A stretch of DNA of 64,000 bases, taken from NCBI GenBank assembly GCA_963742735.1, contig CAVUMN010000003.1:832001-896000 (forward strand), given 5' to 3'. The stretch comes from an uncultured Actinomycetes bacterium. GTDB taxonomy: Bacteria > Actinomycetota > UBA4738 > JBBDTT01. The notes under the pieces are model-generated. The model did no database searches, was not told where the DNA came from, and saw only the letters and a list, made by a program, of their open reading frames with translations. The translations under genes were made by a program, and so were the position numbers. Positions 41,146-53,222 of the stretch are shown in pieces (position 1 is the first letter of the stretch; every line of letters begins with the position of its first letter).

Positions 41146-41601
41146 TCAGCCCTCCTCGTGCTCCTCGTCAAACAGATGCTCGGCGTCCCGCCGGAGCTGC
41201 TCGTTGACCGAGCCGCGCTGCCGGTCGGCCTTGACCACGCAGGTGCCGGTCGCGCGGCAGACGACCAGGGGAGCCTCCAGGACGTCGGCCGCCGACTCGG
41301 CGACGTCCGGTCGCGGCGCGACGTACTTCACGGCCTCGAAGTCCATCTTCCGGCTGGTGTTGCCCACCGAGACGATACGGCCGGTGACCTCCAGGAAGTC
41401 CCCCGCGCGGACCGGCGCCAGGAACGCGACCTCCTCGTAGCCGGCGAACAGCCCCTCGTCGCCGTCGTGACGTATGCACAGCTCGGTGGCCACGTCGCCG
41501 AACAGCGCCAGGACGCGGGCGCCGTCCACCAGGTCGCCGCCGTAGTGGGCGTCGGCCTGGGACATGCGCACGCGGTGGACGGCCTCCGGGAGCTCAGGCA
41601 T
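41146..41601 (-). CDS. kal: 3-aminobutyryl-CoA ammonia-lyase
   Basis: [19 protein letters not shown]...LFGDVATEL....DGDEGLF hotdog fold. Confidence 0.9.
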   Translation of the reverse strand: MPELPEAVHRVRMSQADAHYGGDLVDGARVLALFGDVATELCIRHDGDEGLFAGYEEVAFLAPVRAGDFLEVTGRIVSVGNTSRKMDFEAVKYVAPRPDVAESAADVLEAPLVVCRATGTCVVKADRQRGSVNEQLRRDAEHLFDEEHEEG

Positions 41602-42328
41602 CGGCCCGCTCCGACAGCGCCCACGCCAGGTACGAAGCGACCTCGGTCGGGGTGGTCCCCTTCCCGAACACGCGGTCGTAGCCGAGCTCCCCGGCCATCT
41701 CGGGCGTGAGCCGGGGACCGCCGGCAATCATCAGGAACCGTCCGCGCAGGCCGCGAGCGTCCACGGCGGCGGCGAAGTCGCGCAGGTGGTGCACATGGGC
41801 CTCCTTCTGGGTGACGGTCTGGCTGACCAGGACGGCGTCGGCCCCCTCGGCCTCCGCCCGCTCGGCCAGGTCCTCGGGACGGACCTGGGACCGCAGGTTG
41901 ACCACACGGAACGCCGGGTAGGCCTCCAGGCCCTTGTCGCCGGCGATCCCCTTCAGCGACAGGATCGCGTCGAGCCCGACCGTGTGGGCGTCGGTGCCCA
42001 GCGAGGCGCCGACCACGACCGCCTCCCGGCCCAGGGCGGCCTTCAGGCGGCGCTTGACCTCGCCCTTGTCGAGCATCGGGAAGGGCCGCTCCTCGACCAC
42101 CAGCTCGTCGGTGTCGACCTGGAACGGGACCGCGCCGTAGACGATGAAGAAGGTGAAGTCCGGCCCGATGGCGCTCTGGTGGACGACGAGCGGCGTACCG
42201 ATGCCCATCTGGGCGGCCAGGTCGCGGGCCGCCGCCTCGGCCCGGGCGTCCGACGGCACCGGCAGGGTGAACGACACCTGGACCTTCCCGTCGTCCGTGT
42301 CGTCGCCGTAGGGCCGAACGTTCGTCAC
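41594..42328 (-). CDS. kamE: Beta-lysine 5,6-aminomutase beta subunit
   Basis: PYGD..DDGKVQ.SFTLP, B12-binding [17 protein letters not shown]. Confidence 0.93.
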   Translation of the reverse strand: MTNVRPYGDDTDDGKVQVSFTLPVPSDARAEAAARDLAAQMGIGTPLVVHQSAIGPDFTFFIVYGAVPFQVDTDELVVEERPFPMLDKGEVKRRLKAALGREAVVVGASLGTDAHTVGLDAILSLKGIAGDKGLEAYPAFRVVNLRSQVRPEDLAERAEAEGADAVLVSQTVTQKEAHVHHLRDFAAAVDARGLRGRFLMIAGGPRLTPEMAGELGYDRVFGKGTTPTEVASYLAWALSERADA

Positions 42329-43883
42329 GGTCCCGGCACCTCCCACAGTTCGATGAACGGGTTGACGTAGTCCTCGGCGATCGGGATGACGCCGTCCAGG
42401 CCATGGCCGCCGTCGATCGGGCGGCTGGTGTCGGCGAACTCGCCGGCCTGGATGGCCTCGAACATCCCCATCGACTCGACGCGGCGCAGGTGCTCGACCG
42501 CCTCCTCCAGGACCCGCGTGGCCCGCGCCCGGATCTTCCCCTCGTGGGGCGGCCACCACTCGCCGGCCACGTTCTTCGCGGTGCGGATCATGTACCGGGC
42601 GTTCTGGATCGCCAGGTCGCGGTCCGAGAGGAACGGCGTGTGGATGCCCTCGGTCATCATCCCGATCAGCAGGATCTCCTGTTCGGTCAGCACGCCGGTC
42701 AGGTGGAACATGCCGTCCAGCAGGTAGCCGCGGAACACGTCGCCGGTCATGTGCTTGGTGGGAGGCATGTACTTGAGCGGCGCCTCCGGGAACAGCTCGC
42801 GGACGAGCTGCGCGTGGGCCAGCTCCAGGAGCCAGGCGTCGGGGACCTCGGGGTCGATCTCGAAGGCGTGGCCGAGGCCCAGCTGCCACGGCTCCAGCCC
42901 GGCGTCCAGGGCGAACCGCTCGTTGAGGAGCTGGCTGGCGACCACGGCCCGGGCGCCGGAGACCGCGTCCTGGGTGGTGAGGTAGTTGTCCTCGCCGGTG
43001 TTGATGATGATCCCGGCCCGCGCGTGAAGCATCCGCGAGAACCGCTGGTCGATGAACGTCCGGCGCATGTTGATGTCGCGGAAGATGATCCCGTACATGC
43101 AGTCGTTGAGCATCATGTCCAGGCGCTCGAGCCCGGCCATGGCCGCGATCTCGGGCATGCACAGGCCGCTGGCGTAGTTCGTCAGCCGGACGTACCGGCC
43201 CACCTCCTCGCTCACCTCGTCCAGGGCGCGGCGCATCAGCCGGAAGTTCTCCTGGGTGGCGTAGGTGCCGGCGAAGCCCTCGGTGGTCGCGCCGTAGGGG
43301 ACGTAGTCCAGCAGCGACTGGCCCGGTGGAGCGGATGACGGCGATCACGTCGGCGCCGGCCCGGGCGGCGGCCTTGGCCTGGGGGATGTCCTCGTGGATG
43401 TTGCCGGTGGCCACGATCAGGTAGATCCACGGCTTCTCGGGGTCGCCCAGCCGGCGGACCAGGTCCTCCCGCTCGCGGCGCCGCGCCAGGATCGTGGCGT
43501 CGGCCTCGGCCGCGGCCGTGCGGATCGTCGCGGCCACGCCGTCGTCGCCGGCCGGCATCCGCAGCTCGAGCTCGCCCGCCGGCCGCGGCCGCGCCGATCT
43601 GATGGATCGTCAGATCCCGGCGGGCCATCGCCTCGAACACCGGCAGGGCGGCCCCCCGCTCCAGCCCGACCTGCTCGCGGACCGCGTCCACCACCAGGTT
43701 CGGGTACGGGCGGCTCTCCACGCCCTCGCCCACGGCGCCGTCCAGCCCGAGCAGGCGCAGCGTGGCCCGCTCGATGGCGACGGTGGTGTGGACCCGGCAC
43801 ATCGCGTCCACCGGCTTCGCGATCCGCCGGGCCAGCTCACGCGCCTCGTCCACCACGCCCTGGTCCAGGTCGAGCTTCTTCAC
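42325..43883 (-). CDS. kamD: Beta-lysine 5,6-aminomutase alpha subunit (frameshifted)
   Basis: HTTV.IER, IVATGNI.EDI, NYASGLCMPEIA, INTGEDNY, KYMPPTKHMTG. Confidence 0.93.
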
Positions 43884-45395
43884 CGCGCGTACACCTCGCG
43901 CCCCTGCGACACGGTGAGGACCGGCAGCAGGCCGCGGACGTCGGCGACCTCGTACGGGTCCGACTCGTAGGCGACCAAGTCCGCGTGGGCGCCCGGATGC
44001 AGCCGGCCCTTCTTCGACTCCAGGTGGGCCAGCCGGGCGGCGCCCAGGGTCCCCATCCGGATGGCCTGGGCGCGGGTCAGGCGCTCGCGCCGGTTGTGGT
44101 GGTTCTCCAGGGCCCACACGGTGAGCATCGGGTCGAGTGAGGTGACCGGGGCGTCCGACCCCGAGCCCACCTCCAGCCCCCGTTCCAGGAGCGTGCGGAA
44201 CGGGTTCATCGTCGCCGCGCGCCCGGCGCCCAGGCGCGTCGCGTACATCGCGTCGTCGCCGCCCCACTCCGCGTCGAACGTCGGCTGGACGCTGATCGCC
44301 AGCCCCAGGGCCGCCGCGCGCTCGATCTGTTCGGGCCGGACCACCTCGAAGTGCTCCACCCGGTGCCGCCGCGCCCGGAAGTGACGGCGCAGCCGGGAAT
44401 CGAGCGCGTGGTAGACGCGCTCCCACACCCGCAGGGCCTGGTCGACGGCGGCGTCGCCGATCGCGTGCACGCCCACCTGCGCGCCGGCCAGGTGGGCGTT
44501 GTGGAACGACTCGGCCAGCTCGTCGTCCTCGTGGTAGAGCACGCCGGTGTCCTCGCGGTCGGCGTAGGAGCTCGACATGGCCGCCGTGCCGGCGCCGATC
44601 GAGCCGTCCAGGAACAGGTCGCCCCCCAGCCGCATCACGCCGTGGTCGAGCGCGTAGGGGATGTCGATCTCGCCGAAGTACACCGCGACGTAGGTCGGCA
44701 GCCGCGTGAGCTGGCCCATCAGGACCTCGAACTCGCGACGGCCCCGCTTCGCGGGGATGGACATCTCGTGGACGCAGGTCACGCCCATCCGGGCGGCCAC
44801 GGCCGCGCCGTCCAGCTGGGCCTCCTCGATCTGCTCGTCGGGCAGCGACTCGAACCACCATCGCTGCAGCGCGGCGTTCGCGTCGGCCGCGACCAGGCCG
44901 GTGGGCAGGCCGTCGTCATCCCGGCCCGCACCGTCCAGGTCGAGCGCGCCCGAGTCCTTGAGCGCCGCGGTGTTGCCCAGCGAGATGTGCCCGTCGGCGC
45001 GCACCAATACCAGCGGCCCCGGCGACGCGGCGTCGAGCTCGGCCAGCGTGGGGAGCCCAGGGCGTGGCCCACTTCGTCTCGTCCCAGCCCTGGCCCAGGA
45101 CCCGCCCCCCCTGCCGCGCGGCTGAGGCCTCACGCACCGAGCGCAGCAGGGCCTCCGCCGACCTCGCCGGGGAAAGATCCAGCCCCGACGCCTTGATCCC
45201 CGTGCCGGTGAGGTGGACGTGGGCGTCGACGAAGCCCGGCAGGATCGTGGTGCCGGGCAGGTCGACCACCCGGTCGGCGGCCGGCGGCTCCCCCGTCCCC
45301 ACCCGCTCGACGTGGCGCTCGTCGACCAGCACCCACTCCGCCCGGCCGGGCTCCCCGTGGGTGTGCACGCGCGACGCGCGGTACAGGGACTTCAC
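43880..45395 (-). CDS. Amidohydrolase family 3 (YtcJ-like); frameshift near 45065
   Basis: PGFVDAHVH, FLDGSIG, HAIGDAA, RVEH, GSDAP. Confidence 0.88.
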
Positions 45396-45488
45396 GCTGA
45401 AGAACGCTCCTTTGCGCAGGTCAGAGGGGTGATTGCCCGATTGTAAGCCCGGAACTGCGCCGGCATCGTTCAACCTACAATCGTGCAC

Positions 45489-46764
45489 ATGTTGCCCACC
45501 GAGGACCTTCGGTCGGGCGCGCTGTCTTCGCGCGCGCACGCGCCGCGGACGAGCCGCGCTACCGCGCCGAGGCGCGCGCGATCCTGGACCGCGTGCGCGA
45601 CGGCGGCGACGCCGCTCTGCGGGCGCTCACGCTCGAGCTGGACGGCGCGGACCTCGCCGAGACCCGCGTACCCACGCCTCGATCTCCAGGTCGCGCAGGC
45701 CTCGGTGCCCGAGGTGGTGCGGCTGTCCATCGACGCCGTCGCCGTCCGTCTCCGGGAGCTCTCCGCCCGGCAGCTTCCCCGCGAGTGGGCCACCGACGAG
45801 GAGGGCGTCCGCTCCGGCGAGGTCGTCCGGCCGCTTCGCCGGGTCGGGTGCTACGTCCCCGGCGGGCGCGCCGCGTACCCGTCCACCGTGCTCATGACGT
45901 GCGTGCCCGCCCGCGCCGCGGGCGTGGAGGAGGTCGTCGTGTGCACCCCGCCCGGCCCGGACGGCAGCGTGCACCCCGCCGTGCTCTACGCGTGCCTGGC
46001 CGCCGGCGCGTCCGAGGTCCACCGGGTGGGCGGCGCCCAGGCCGTCGCCGCCCTGGCCTACGGGACCGAGTCCATCGCCCCCGTCGACCGGATCGTCGGC
46101 CCCGGCAACGCATGGGTCACCGCGGCGAAGGCGGAGGTCGCCGCCGAGGGGGTCGTCGCGATCGACGGCCTGGCCGGGCCCACCGAGCTGGCGCTGGTCG
46201 CCGACGCGTCCGCCGTCCCGGACTCGATCGCCGCCGACCTCATCGCCCAGGCCGAGCACGACCCGCTGGCCGAGGCCACGCTCATCACGTGGGACGCGGC
46301 CCTGATCGACGCCGCGCGCGAGGCGCTGGAGCGCCGGGCGCCCGCGCGTCGCCGCAAGGCCGATCCTCGCCGAGTCGCTCCCCAACGCCCGGGCGGTGCT
46401 GGTCCGCGACGAGGAGCAGGCCGCCGAGGTGGCCGACGCGATCGCGCCCGAGCACCTGCAGGTCGTCACCGAGGATCCCCAGGCGTTCCTGAAGCGGGTG
46501 CGCTCGTTCGGCGCGGCCTTCCTGGGGCCGTACACGCCGGTCTCCCTGGGGGACTACGGCGTCGGGGTCGAACCACGTCCTGCCCACGCTCGGGACGGCG
46601 CGGTTCGCGTCGGGCCTGCGGGCGTCGGACTTCGTGACGGTGTCCTCGGTGGTCGAGGCCAGCCGTCGAGGGTCTGGCCGCGGCGGCCCCCGTGGTCACG
46701 GAGCTGGCCCGCGCCGAAGGCCTGGAGGGCCACGCGGACGCGGTGGAGGTGCGCGCTCGAATGA
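45489..46764 (+). CDS. hisD: Histidinol dehydrogenase (frameshifted)
   Basis: YVPGG.A.YPS, GGAQA.AALAYG, GPGN, QAEH, APEHL; TACAAT -10 7 nt upstream. Confidence 0.93.
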
Positions 46765-47828
46765 AGCCGCCCCTTCGTCCCGACCTGGAGTCGCTCGCGC
46801 CGTACCGCGCCCCCCAGCCGGAGGCGCCGGTCCGGCTGAACACGAACGAGTGCCCGTACCCGCTCCCGGAGGCCTTCGCCGCCGACCTGGCCGAGCGCGG
46901 TCCGCGGCGATCGCGTTCAACCGCTACCCCGACCGCGACGCCACCGCCCTGCGCAAGGCCCTCGCCGAGCACGCCGGCGCACCCGTTCGAGGGCGTGTGG
47001 GCCGCGAACGGCTCGAACGAGGTCCTCGAGCAGCTGCTCCTGGCCTACGGCGGCCCCGGCCGGCGGGCGGCGCTGTTCACCGCCGACCTACGTGATGCAC
47101 GCCCACCTGGCCCGGGTCTGCCTGACCGACGCCGTCGAGCGTGCCCCTCGACGAGGGCTACCGGCTGAGCGAGACGCCACCTCGAGTTCGTTCGCCGCGA
47201 ACGGCCCGACGTCGTCTTCGTGTGCTCGCCGAACAACCCGACCGGCAACGCCCAGGACCCGGCGATCGTCGAGGCGCTGTGCCGGGAGGCGCGCGGGCTG
47301 GTGATCGTCGACGAGGCGTACGCCGAGTTCGGCGGGCGGTCCGCGCGCGAGCCTGGCCGGCTCGCTGGACAACCTGGCGGTGGTGCGGACGTTCTCGAAG
47401 GCGTTCTCGCTGGCCGCCGCGCGCCTCGGGTACGTGCTCACCACCCCGGAGATCGTCGAGGACCTCCAGCGCGTGCCGGCTGCCGTACCACCTGTCCGCG
47501 CTCACCCAGGCGGCGGGCGAGGCCGCGCTGCGCCACGTCGCCGAGGCCAACGACCTGCTGGACGCGATCCGGGACGCAGCGCGACCGGATCCTGGCGGAG
47601 CTCGACGGCGATGGACGGCGTGACCGTCCACCCCACCGACGCGAACTTCGTGCTGTTCCACCCCGGCGCGTCCGGCCGCCGAGGTGTGGCACGGGCCTCC
47701 TCGAGCGCGGCGTGCTGATCCGGGACTTCTCCACCTTGCCCGGGACCGAGGGCTGTCTGCGGGTCACGGCGGGCACCCCGGAGGAGACCACGGCGTTCCT
47801 GACCGCGCTGCGCGAGGTGCTGGCGTGA
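46761..47828 (+). CDS. hisC: Histidinol-phosphate aminotransferase (frameshifted)
   Basis: LNTNE, NGSNE, SPNNPTG, DEAY.EF, RTFSKA. Confidence 0.92.
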
Positions 47829-48406
47829 GCCGGTTCGCGCGCGTCGTGCGCGAGACGAAGGAGACGAACGTCGCCGTCGACCTGGAGCTCGACGGGACCG
47901 GCACCGCCTCGGCGGACACCGGGCTCCCGTTCCTGGACCACATGCTCGAACAGCTCGGGAAGCACGGGCGGTTCGACCTGACCGTGGTCGCGAAGGGCGA
48001 CCTGGAGATCGACGCCCACCACACCGTCGAGGACGTCGGCATCGCCGTCGGCCAGGCGCTGGCCGAGGCCCTCGGCGACAAGGCCGGGATCCGCCGGTTC
48101 GGCGACGCCACCGTCCCGCTGGACGAGGCGCGGGTCTCGGTCGCACTGGACCTGTCCGGGCGGGCGCACGTGGAGCACGACGTGCCGGTCCCCGCCGAGA
48201 TGATCGGGACCTACGACCCCGGGCTGACCGAGGACTTCGTCCGCGCGTTCGCCACCACGGCGGAGATGACCCTGCACGCCACGCTGCACGCCGGCCGCTC
48301 GCCCCACCACGTCGTCGAGGCCGAGTTCAAGGCGCTGGCGGTCGCGCTGCGCGAGGCCGTGTCGGTGATCGGCGGCGGGACGCCCTCCACCAAGGGGGTG
48401 CTGTAG
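47825..48406 (+). CDS. hisB: Imidazoleglycerol-phosphate dehydratase
   Basis: RETKET, FLDHML, DAHHTVED, HH.VEA.FKA, STKG. Confidence 0.96.
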   Translation: MSRFARVVRETKETNVAVDLELDGTGTASADTGLPFLDHMLEQLGKHGRFDLTVVAKGDLEIDAHHTVEDVGIAVGQALAEALGDKAGIRRFGDATVPLDEARVSVALDLSGRAHVEHDVPVPAEMIGTYDPGLTEDFVRAFATTAEMTLHATLHAGRSPHHVVEAEFKALAVALREAVSVIGGGTPSTKGVL

Positions 48407-48408
48407 CC

Positions 48409-49016
48409 GTGCGGACCATCGGGGTCCTCGACTACGGCATGGGCAACCTTCGCTCGGTGACGAAGGCACTGGAGCACGTCGGCGCGTCCTCGCGACTCAT
48501 GGATCGCCCGGAGGAGGCCGAGGAGCTCGACGGGCTGGTCGTCCCGGGCGTGGGCGCGTTCGGCGCGTGCATGGAAGGCCTCCGCGCGCGGGGGCTCGAC
48601 GAGGTGATCCGGGCGTTCGTCGCCGCCGACGTGCCGGTCCTCGGCGGTGTGTCTGGGGATGCAGGTCCTGTTCGAGTGGAGCGAGGAGGGCGATGTCGAG
48701 GGCCTGGGGATCCTTCCCGGAAAGGTCCGCCGGATCCCGGCCGGGGTGAAGGTCCCGCACATGGGGTGGAACGAGGTAGCCTGGAGCGCGCCCGCACCCG
48801 GTGACCGCGGGCGTCCCCGACCGGACGCGCACCTACTTCGTGCACTCCTACTACTGCGAGGCGCCCGCCGAGCTGGTGGTCGGCGAGACCGAGTACGGGC
48901 TGCGGTTCGCGTCGGTCGTCGCCCGCGACCTGCTGATCGCCACGCAGTTCCACCCGGAGAAGTCCGGCGAGCCCGGACTGGAGATCTACCGCGCCTTCGC
49001 GCAGGGCGCCCGTTGA
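48409..49016 (+). CDS. hisH: Imidazole glycerol phosphate synthase HisH (frameshifted)
   Basis: DYGMGN, PGVG, CLGMQ, PHMGWN, YFVHSY, QFHPEKS. Confidence 0.95.
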
Positions 49017-49725
49017 TCCTGCTGCCCGCGATCGACGTCCAGGGCGGGACGGTGCGTGCGCCTGCGTCCGCGGCGACCCCAACAGCCGCCGCGTCTACGG
49101 CGACCCGGTCGAGATCGCCGCTCGCCTGGCCGGCGACGGCGCGCCGTGGCTGCACGTGGTCGACCTGGACGCGGCGTTCGGCGACGGATCGAACGAAGCC
49201 ATCATCCGCCGCGTCGTGGCGGCGGCGGAGGTGCCGGTCCAGGTCGCCGGGGGGATCCGCTCGACCGAGGCGCTGTCGCGCTGGCTGGACGCCGGGGCCG
49301 AGCGCGTGGTGATCGGGACGAGCGCGGCGCTCGATCCGGACCTGCTGTGGGAGCTCACCTCGAACAAGGAGTTCGACCGAGTCGTCGTGGCCCTCGACAT
49401 CGCCGGGGACGGGCAGGTGCGCGTCAAGGGGTGGACCGAGAGCGCCGGCAAGCTCGAGGACGTCGCCGAGGGGTTCGTGCAGTCGGGGGTGGTCCGCTTC
49501 GCGGTCACCGCGATCGAGCGCGACGGAACCCTGGAGGGCCCCGACCTGCACCTGCTGACCCGGGTGATGGACCTCACCGGGCGTCCGGTCATCGCCGCCG
49601 GCGGCGTCGGGTCCGTGGGCGACATCCGCGACCTGGCGAAGATCGGCGTGGAGGGGGCGATCGTGGGACGGGCCCTGCTCGACGGACGGTTCAGCCTGGC
49701 CCAGGCCATCGAGGCGGCGGCGTGA
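49013..49725 (+). CDS. hisA: HisA/PriA isomerase (frameshifted)
   Basis: PAID, LHVVDLD, GGIRS, RDGTL.G. Confidence 0.93.
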
Positions 49726-50492
49726 GCCTCGCGGCCCGCGTCATCCCCTGCCTGGACGTCGACGCCGGACGCGTGGTCAAGGGCACGAAGTTCGTCGACC
49801 TTCGCGACGCCGGCGATCCCGTGGAGCTGGCCGCCCGGTACGACCGCGAGGGCGCCGACGAGCTGGTGTTCCTGGACATCACCGCGACCGTCGACGGTCG
49901 CGAGTCCACCTACGACGTCATCAGCCGCACGGCCGAGCAGGTGTTCATCCCGCTGACGGTCGGGGGCGGGGTCCGGGCCGAGGAGGACGTTCGGCGCCTC
50001 CTGCGCGCCGGTGCGGACAAGGTCGCGCTCAACACCGCGGCGGTGCGCGAGCCCGAGTTGCTCGCTCGGTGCGCGGAGCGGTTCGGCACCCAGTGCATCG
50101 TGGCCGCCATCGACGCGCGGAGGACCAACGGGTCGTGGGAGGTGGTCGTGGAGGCCGGCCGGACGCCCGCCGGACGCGACGCGGTCGAGTGGGCGGCCGA
50201 GGCCGCCGAGCTCGGGGCCGGGGAGATCCTGCTGACCTCGATGGACCGCGACGGGACCGGGGAGGGCTACGACCTGGAGCTCCTGCGGGCGGTGTCGGAC
50301 GCGGTGTCGGTGCCGCTGGTGGCCTCCGGAGGCGCCGGGACGAAGGAGCACTTCGCCGACGCCCTCCTGGACGGAGGGGCCGACGCCGTCCTGGCGGCGA
50401 GCCGCTTCCACTTCGAGGAGATCTCCATCGCCGACGTCAAGGCGCACCTGGCGTCGCGCGGCATCCCCGTCCGCGAGGCCGGCGCCGCGTGA
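49722..50492 (+). CDS. hisF: Imidazole glycerol phosphate synthase HisF
   Basis: [33 protein letters not shown]. Confidence 0.97.
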   Translation: MSLAARVIPCLDVDAGRVVKGTKFVDLRDAGDPVELAARYDREGADELVFLDITATVDGRESTYDVISRTAEQVFIPLTVGGGVRAEEDVRRLLRAGADKVALNTAAVREPELLARCAERFGTQCIVAAIDARRTNGSWEVVVEAGRTPAGRDAVEWAAEAAELGAGEILLTSMDRDGTGEGYDLELLRAVSDAVSVPLVASGGAGTKEHFADALLDGGADAVLAASRFHFEEISIADVKAHLASRGIPVREAGAA

Positions 50493-50833
50493 GCGACACC
50501 CTCGCCGACGTCACCGACCCGGCCCAGCTCGTCTACGACGACCGAGGGCTGATCACCGCCGTCGTGCAGGACGAGGAGAGCCGGGACGTCCTGATGGTGG
50601 CATGGATGAACCAGGAGGCCGTGCGCCGGACCCTGGACTCGGGCCGGACGTGGTTCTTCAGCCGCTCGCGCCAGGAGCTGTGGCGCAAGGGCGACACGAG
50701 CGGGAACGTCCAGCACGTCCGGGAGGTGCGCTACGACTGCGACGGCGACACGCTGCTCGTGCTCGTCCACCAGGAAGGGCCCGCGTGTCACACCGGCGAA
50801 CGGTCCTGCTTCTACCGTACGCTCACGTCCTGA
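50489..50833 (+). CDS. hisI: Phosphoribosyl-AMP cyclohydrolase
   Basis: [27 protein letters not shown]. Confidence 0.96.
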   Translation: MSDTLADVTDPAQLVYDDRGLITAVVQDEESRDVLMVAWMNQEAVRRTLDSGRTWFFSRSRQELWRKGDTSGNVQHVREVRYDCDGDTLLVLVHQEGPACHTGERSCFYRTLTS

Positions 50834-51712
50834 TGCTGAAGCTCGTCATCCCCAAGGGGTCGCTGGAGGCCCAGACGCTCTCGTCTGCTGGCGGCGGCGG
50901 ACCTCACCGTGCGCCGCGGGTCCGAGCGCGACTACCACGGCACGATCGACGACGAGCGCATCGACCGCGTCTCGCTCCTTCGTCCACAGGAGATCCCCCG
51001 CTACGTCCAGGACGGGTTCTTCGACCTGGGCATCACCGGCCGGGACTGGGTCGAGGAGACGGCGTCGGACGTCGACGCGCTGGCCAGCCTGGAGTACGCG
51101 AAGAGCGGGACGGGCCAGGTCGTGCGCATCGTGCTGGCCGCGCCGGCGTCGGCGCCCTTCGACACGGCGGCCGAGATGCCCGACGGCGCGCGCATCTCCA
51201 CCGAATACCCCGAGCTCACCCGCCGGTTCTTCGAGAAGCTCGGCAAGAACGTTCGCGTCTACGAGTCCTACGGCGCGACCGAGGCCAAGGTCCCCGACAT
51301 CGTCGACGCGATCGTCGACGTGACCGAGACCGGCGGCACCATCCGCGCGCACGGGATGAAGATCGTGGAGACGCTGCTGGAGTCCGAGGTCCTGCTGATC
51401 GCGAACCGGGAGGCGGCCGCAGACGCGGAGAAGCGGACCGCGATGGACGACCTCACCACGCTGATCCTGGGAGCCCTGGCCGCGCAGGGCCGCGTGCTGA
51501 TCAAGCTCAACGTGGGCGAGGAGCGGCTGAAGGAGGTCCTGGAGTTCCTCCCCTCGATGAAGGCCCCCACCGTCAGCCCGCTCGCCGAGGAGGGGAACTA
51601 CGCGATCGAGACCGTGGTCGAGAAGTCGACCGTCAACCGCCTGATCCCGCAGCTGAAGGCGCACGGCGCCAGCGACATCCTCGAGCTGCCGATCAGCAAG
51701 ATCGTCCCCTAA
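50833..51712 (+). CDS. hisG: ATP phosphoribosyltransferase, long form (5' frameshift)
   Basis: IPKGSL, DLGITG.D, GATE, IVDVTETG.T, C-terminal PTVSPL regulatory domain. Confidence 0.95.
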
Positions 51713-51715
51713 CCC

Positions 51716-51916
51716 ATGCTCCGGTACGCCCTGCCCGCGCTGACGCTGATCCTGTTCATCTGGGCCCTGGTCGACTGCCTGAAGGTGCCGGACGACTCGA
51801 TGTACCAGAACGCGAACAAGCTCATCTGGGTCATCGTGATCGTCCTGGTCCCGCTGATCGGCTCGATCGCCTACCTGCTGATCGGCAAGCCGCTGCCCCA
51901 GCGCTACAACCGCTAG
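51716..51916 (+). CDS. PLD nuclease N-terminal (PLDc_N) small membrane protein
   Basis: WALVD.......K..W..VIVLVPLIGSIAYL..G. Confidence 0.8.
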   Translation: MLRYALPALTLILFIWALVDCLKVPDDSMYQNANKLIWVIVIVLVPLIGSIAYLLIGKPLPQRYNR

Positions 51917-51920
51917 CGAG

Positions 51921-52325
51921 CTACCCGGCCAGGAAGCTCAGGCGAATGGTCCGGCGGTTGTTCTCCCGGTTCGGGTCCACGACCACGATCCGCTGCCAGG
52001 TTCCCAGGACGACACGTCCGTTCTGCACGTCGAGCACCATGGACGGGCTCACGAACACCGGCAGCAGGTGATCGGCCCCGTGCCCGGTCGAGCCGTGGCG
52101 ATGGGCGTACCGGCCGTCGCGGGGCAGGAGCCGCTCCAGGGCCTCGTCCAGGTCGGCCTCGCTCCCCGACCCCGTCTCCATGAGCGCGACGCCGGCGGTG
52201 GCGTGCGCGACGAAGACGTGGAGCAGCCCGTCGCCCCCCGCAGCGCCAGCGAAGGCCTCGACGCGGTCCGTGACGTCCACGACGCGACGGTCGCGCGTGT
52301 CGACCTCGAAGGTCTCCGCACGCAC
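51921..52325 (-). CDS. yjbQ: YjbQ/UPF0047 family protein
   Basis: HATAG, Y.H.H...GHG.DH, LGTWQ. Confidence 0.9.
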   Translation of the reverse strand: MRAETFEVDTRDRRVVDVTDRVEAFAGAAGGDGLLHVFVAHATAGVALMETGSGSEADLDEALERLLPRDGRYAHRHGSTGHGADHLLPVFVSPSMVLDVQNGRVVLGTWQRIVVVDPNRENNRRTIRLSFLAG

Positions 52326-52327
52326 CC

Positions 52328-53198
52328 CTAGACCCTCGGCTCGAGCGAGGTGAGCTCCGCCCGATAGTGCTCCAGGTACCGGGTGCGGCCCAGGACGCTG
52401 TCGGTCTCCAGGTCGTCGGCGGCCACCGTGACGATGGGGAGCCCCGTCGCCGCCACGAACCACATCTCGGACTCGCGCGTGCCGTCGGTGACCCCGCTGA
52501 ACGTGATGCTCACCCGGATGTGCAGCGTTCGCACGCGCGTCCCCCCGACCGACAGGAACTCGACGCCCACCAGCTCGCCCTCCGCGGTCCCCGTGGTGCC
52601 GTCGGTCCCGCTGCACACGCCCGACCAGGTCGTCCCGGCCTTCACGAGGCCCGGCGAGTACGTGCTGTCGTCGCCGCAGAAATACTCGCGCCGGTCGCTC
52701 TTGCCGAAGAACTGGTGGTACGTGACGATCTCGCGGATCTCCAGCCGATTGCCGTCCGGGCAGACCATCCACTCCTCCCACCGCTCCCCCAGCGCGTCCC
52801 ACCGGAAACGCACGCCGCATCCCTCGCGGGTGACGGTGATCGTCGTCTGGGCTGGATAGGTGTGTTCGCTGCCCCCCAGCACGCTGACCTCGTCCCCGCC
52901 CTCGGTGGCCAGGACGTAGACCCCCGGCGTGGGGAGCCCGGCGAGCGCCTCGGCCTCCGACGCCCCTTCCCGGAACCGGCTGACGGACTCGTCGATGGAG
53001 ACCGGCGTCGTCTTCGACCGGAGCTGCACGAAGAGCACCCCGCCGCCCACCCCCACGATCAGCGCGGTGACGAGCAGGATCCGCCGGATCAGCCGGGAGC
53101 GCTTCCGTCTCCGGCGCGCGTCGGGATCGACCGGCCCGAGCTCCAGCCGGTCGGAGAGCGGCGGCGATGTTGTCCTCGGGTGGGCGGTCGCGCGGCAT
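52328..53198 (-). CDS. Hypothetical membrane-anchored beta-rich protein (probable 5' frameshift)
   Basis: Basic N-terminus, one TM, extracytoplasmic domain with four Cys. Confidence 0.7.
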
Positions 53199-53222
53199 CG
53201 GTGCATTGTGCCGCGCGCCGGC

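Noticed and set aside
45489-49200. Apparent pseudogenisation or programmed frameshifting of his genes (also gcvP, kamD, cyclases)
   Set aside because: Indels cluster regionally in otherwise intact genes with conserved catalytic motifs and no evident nonsense codons or slippery sites; best explained as sequencing error.
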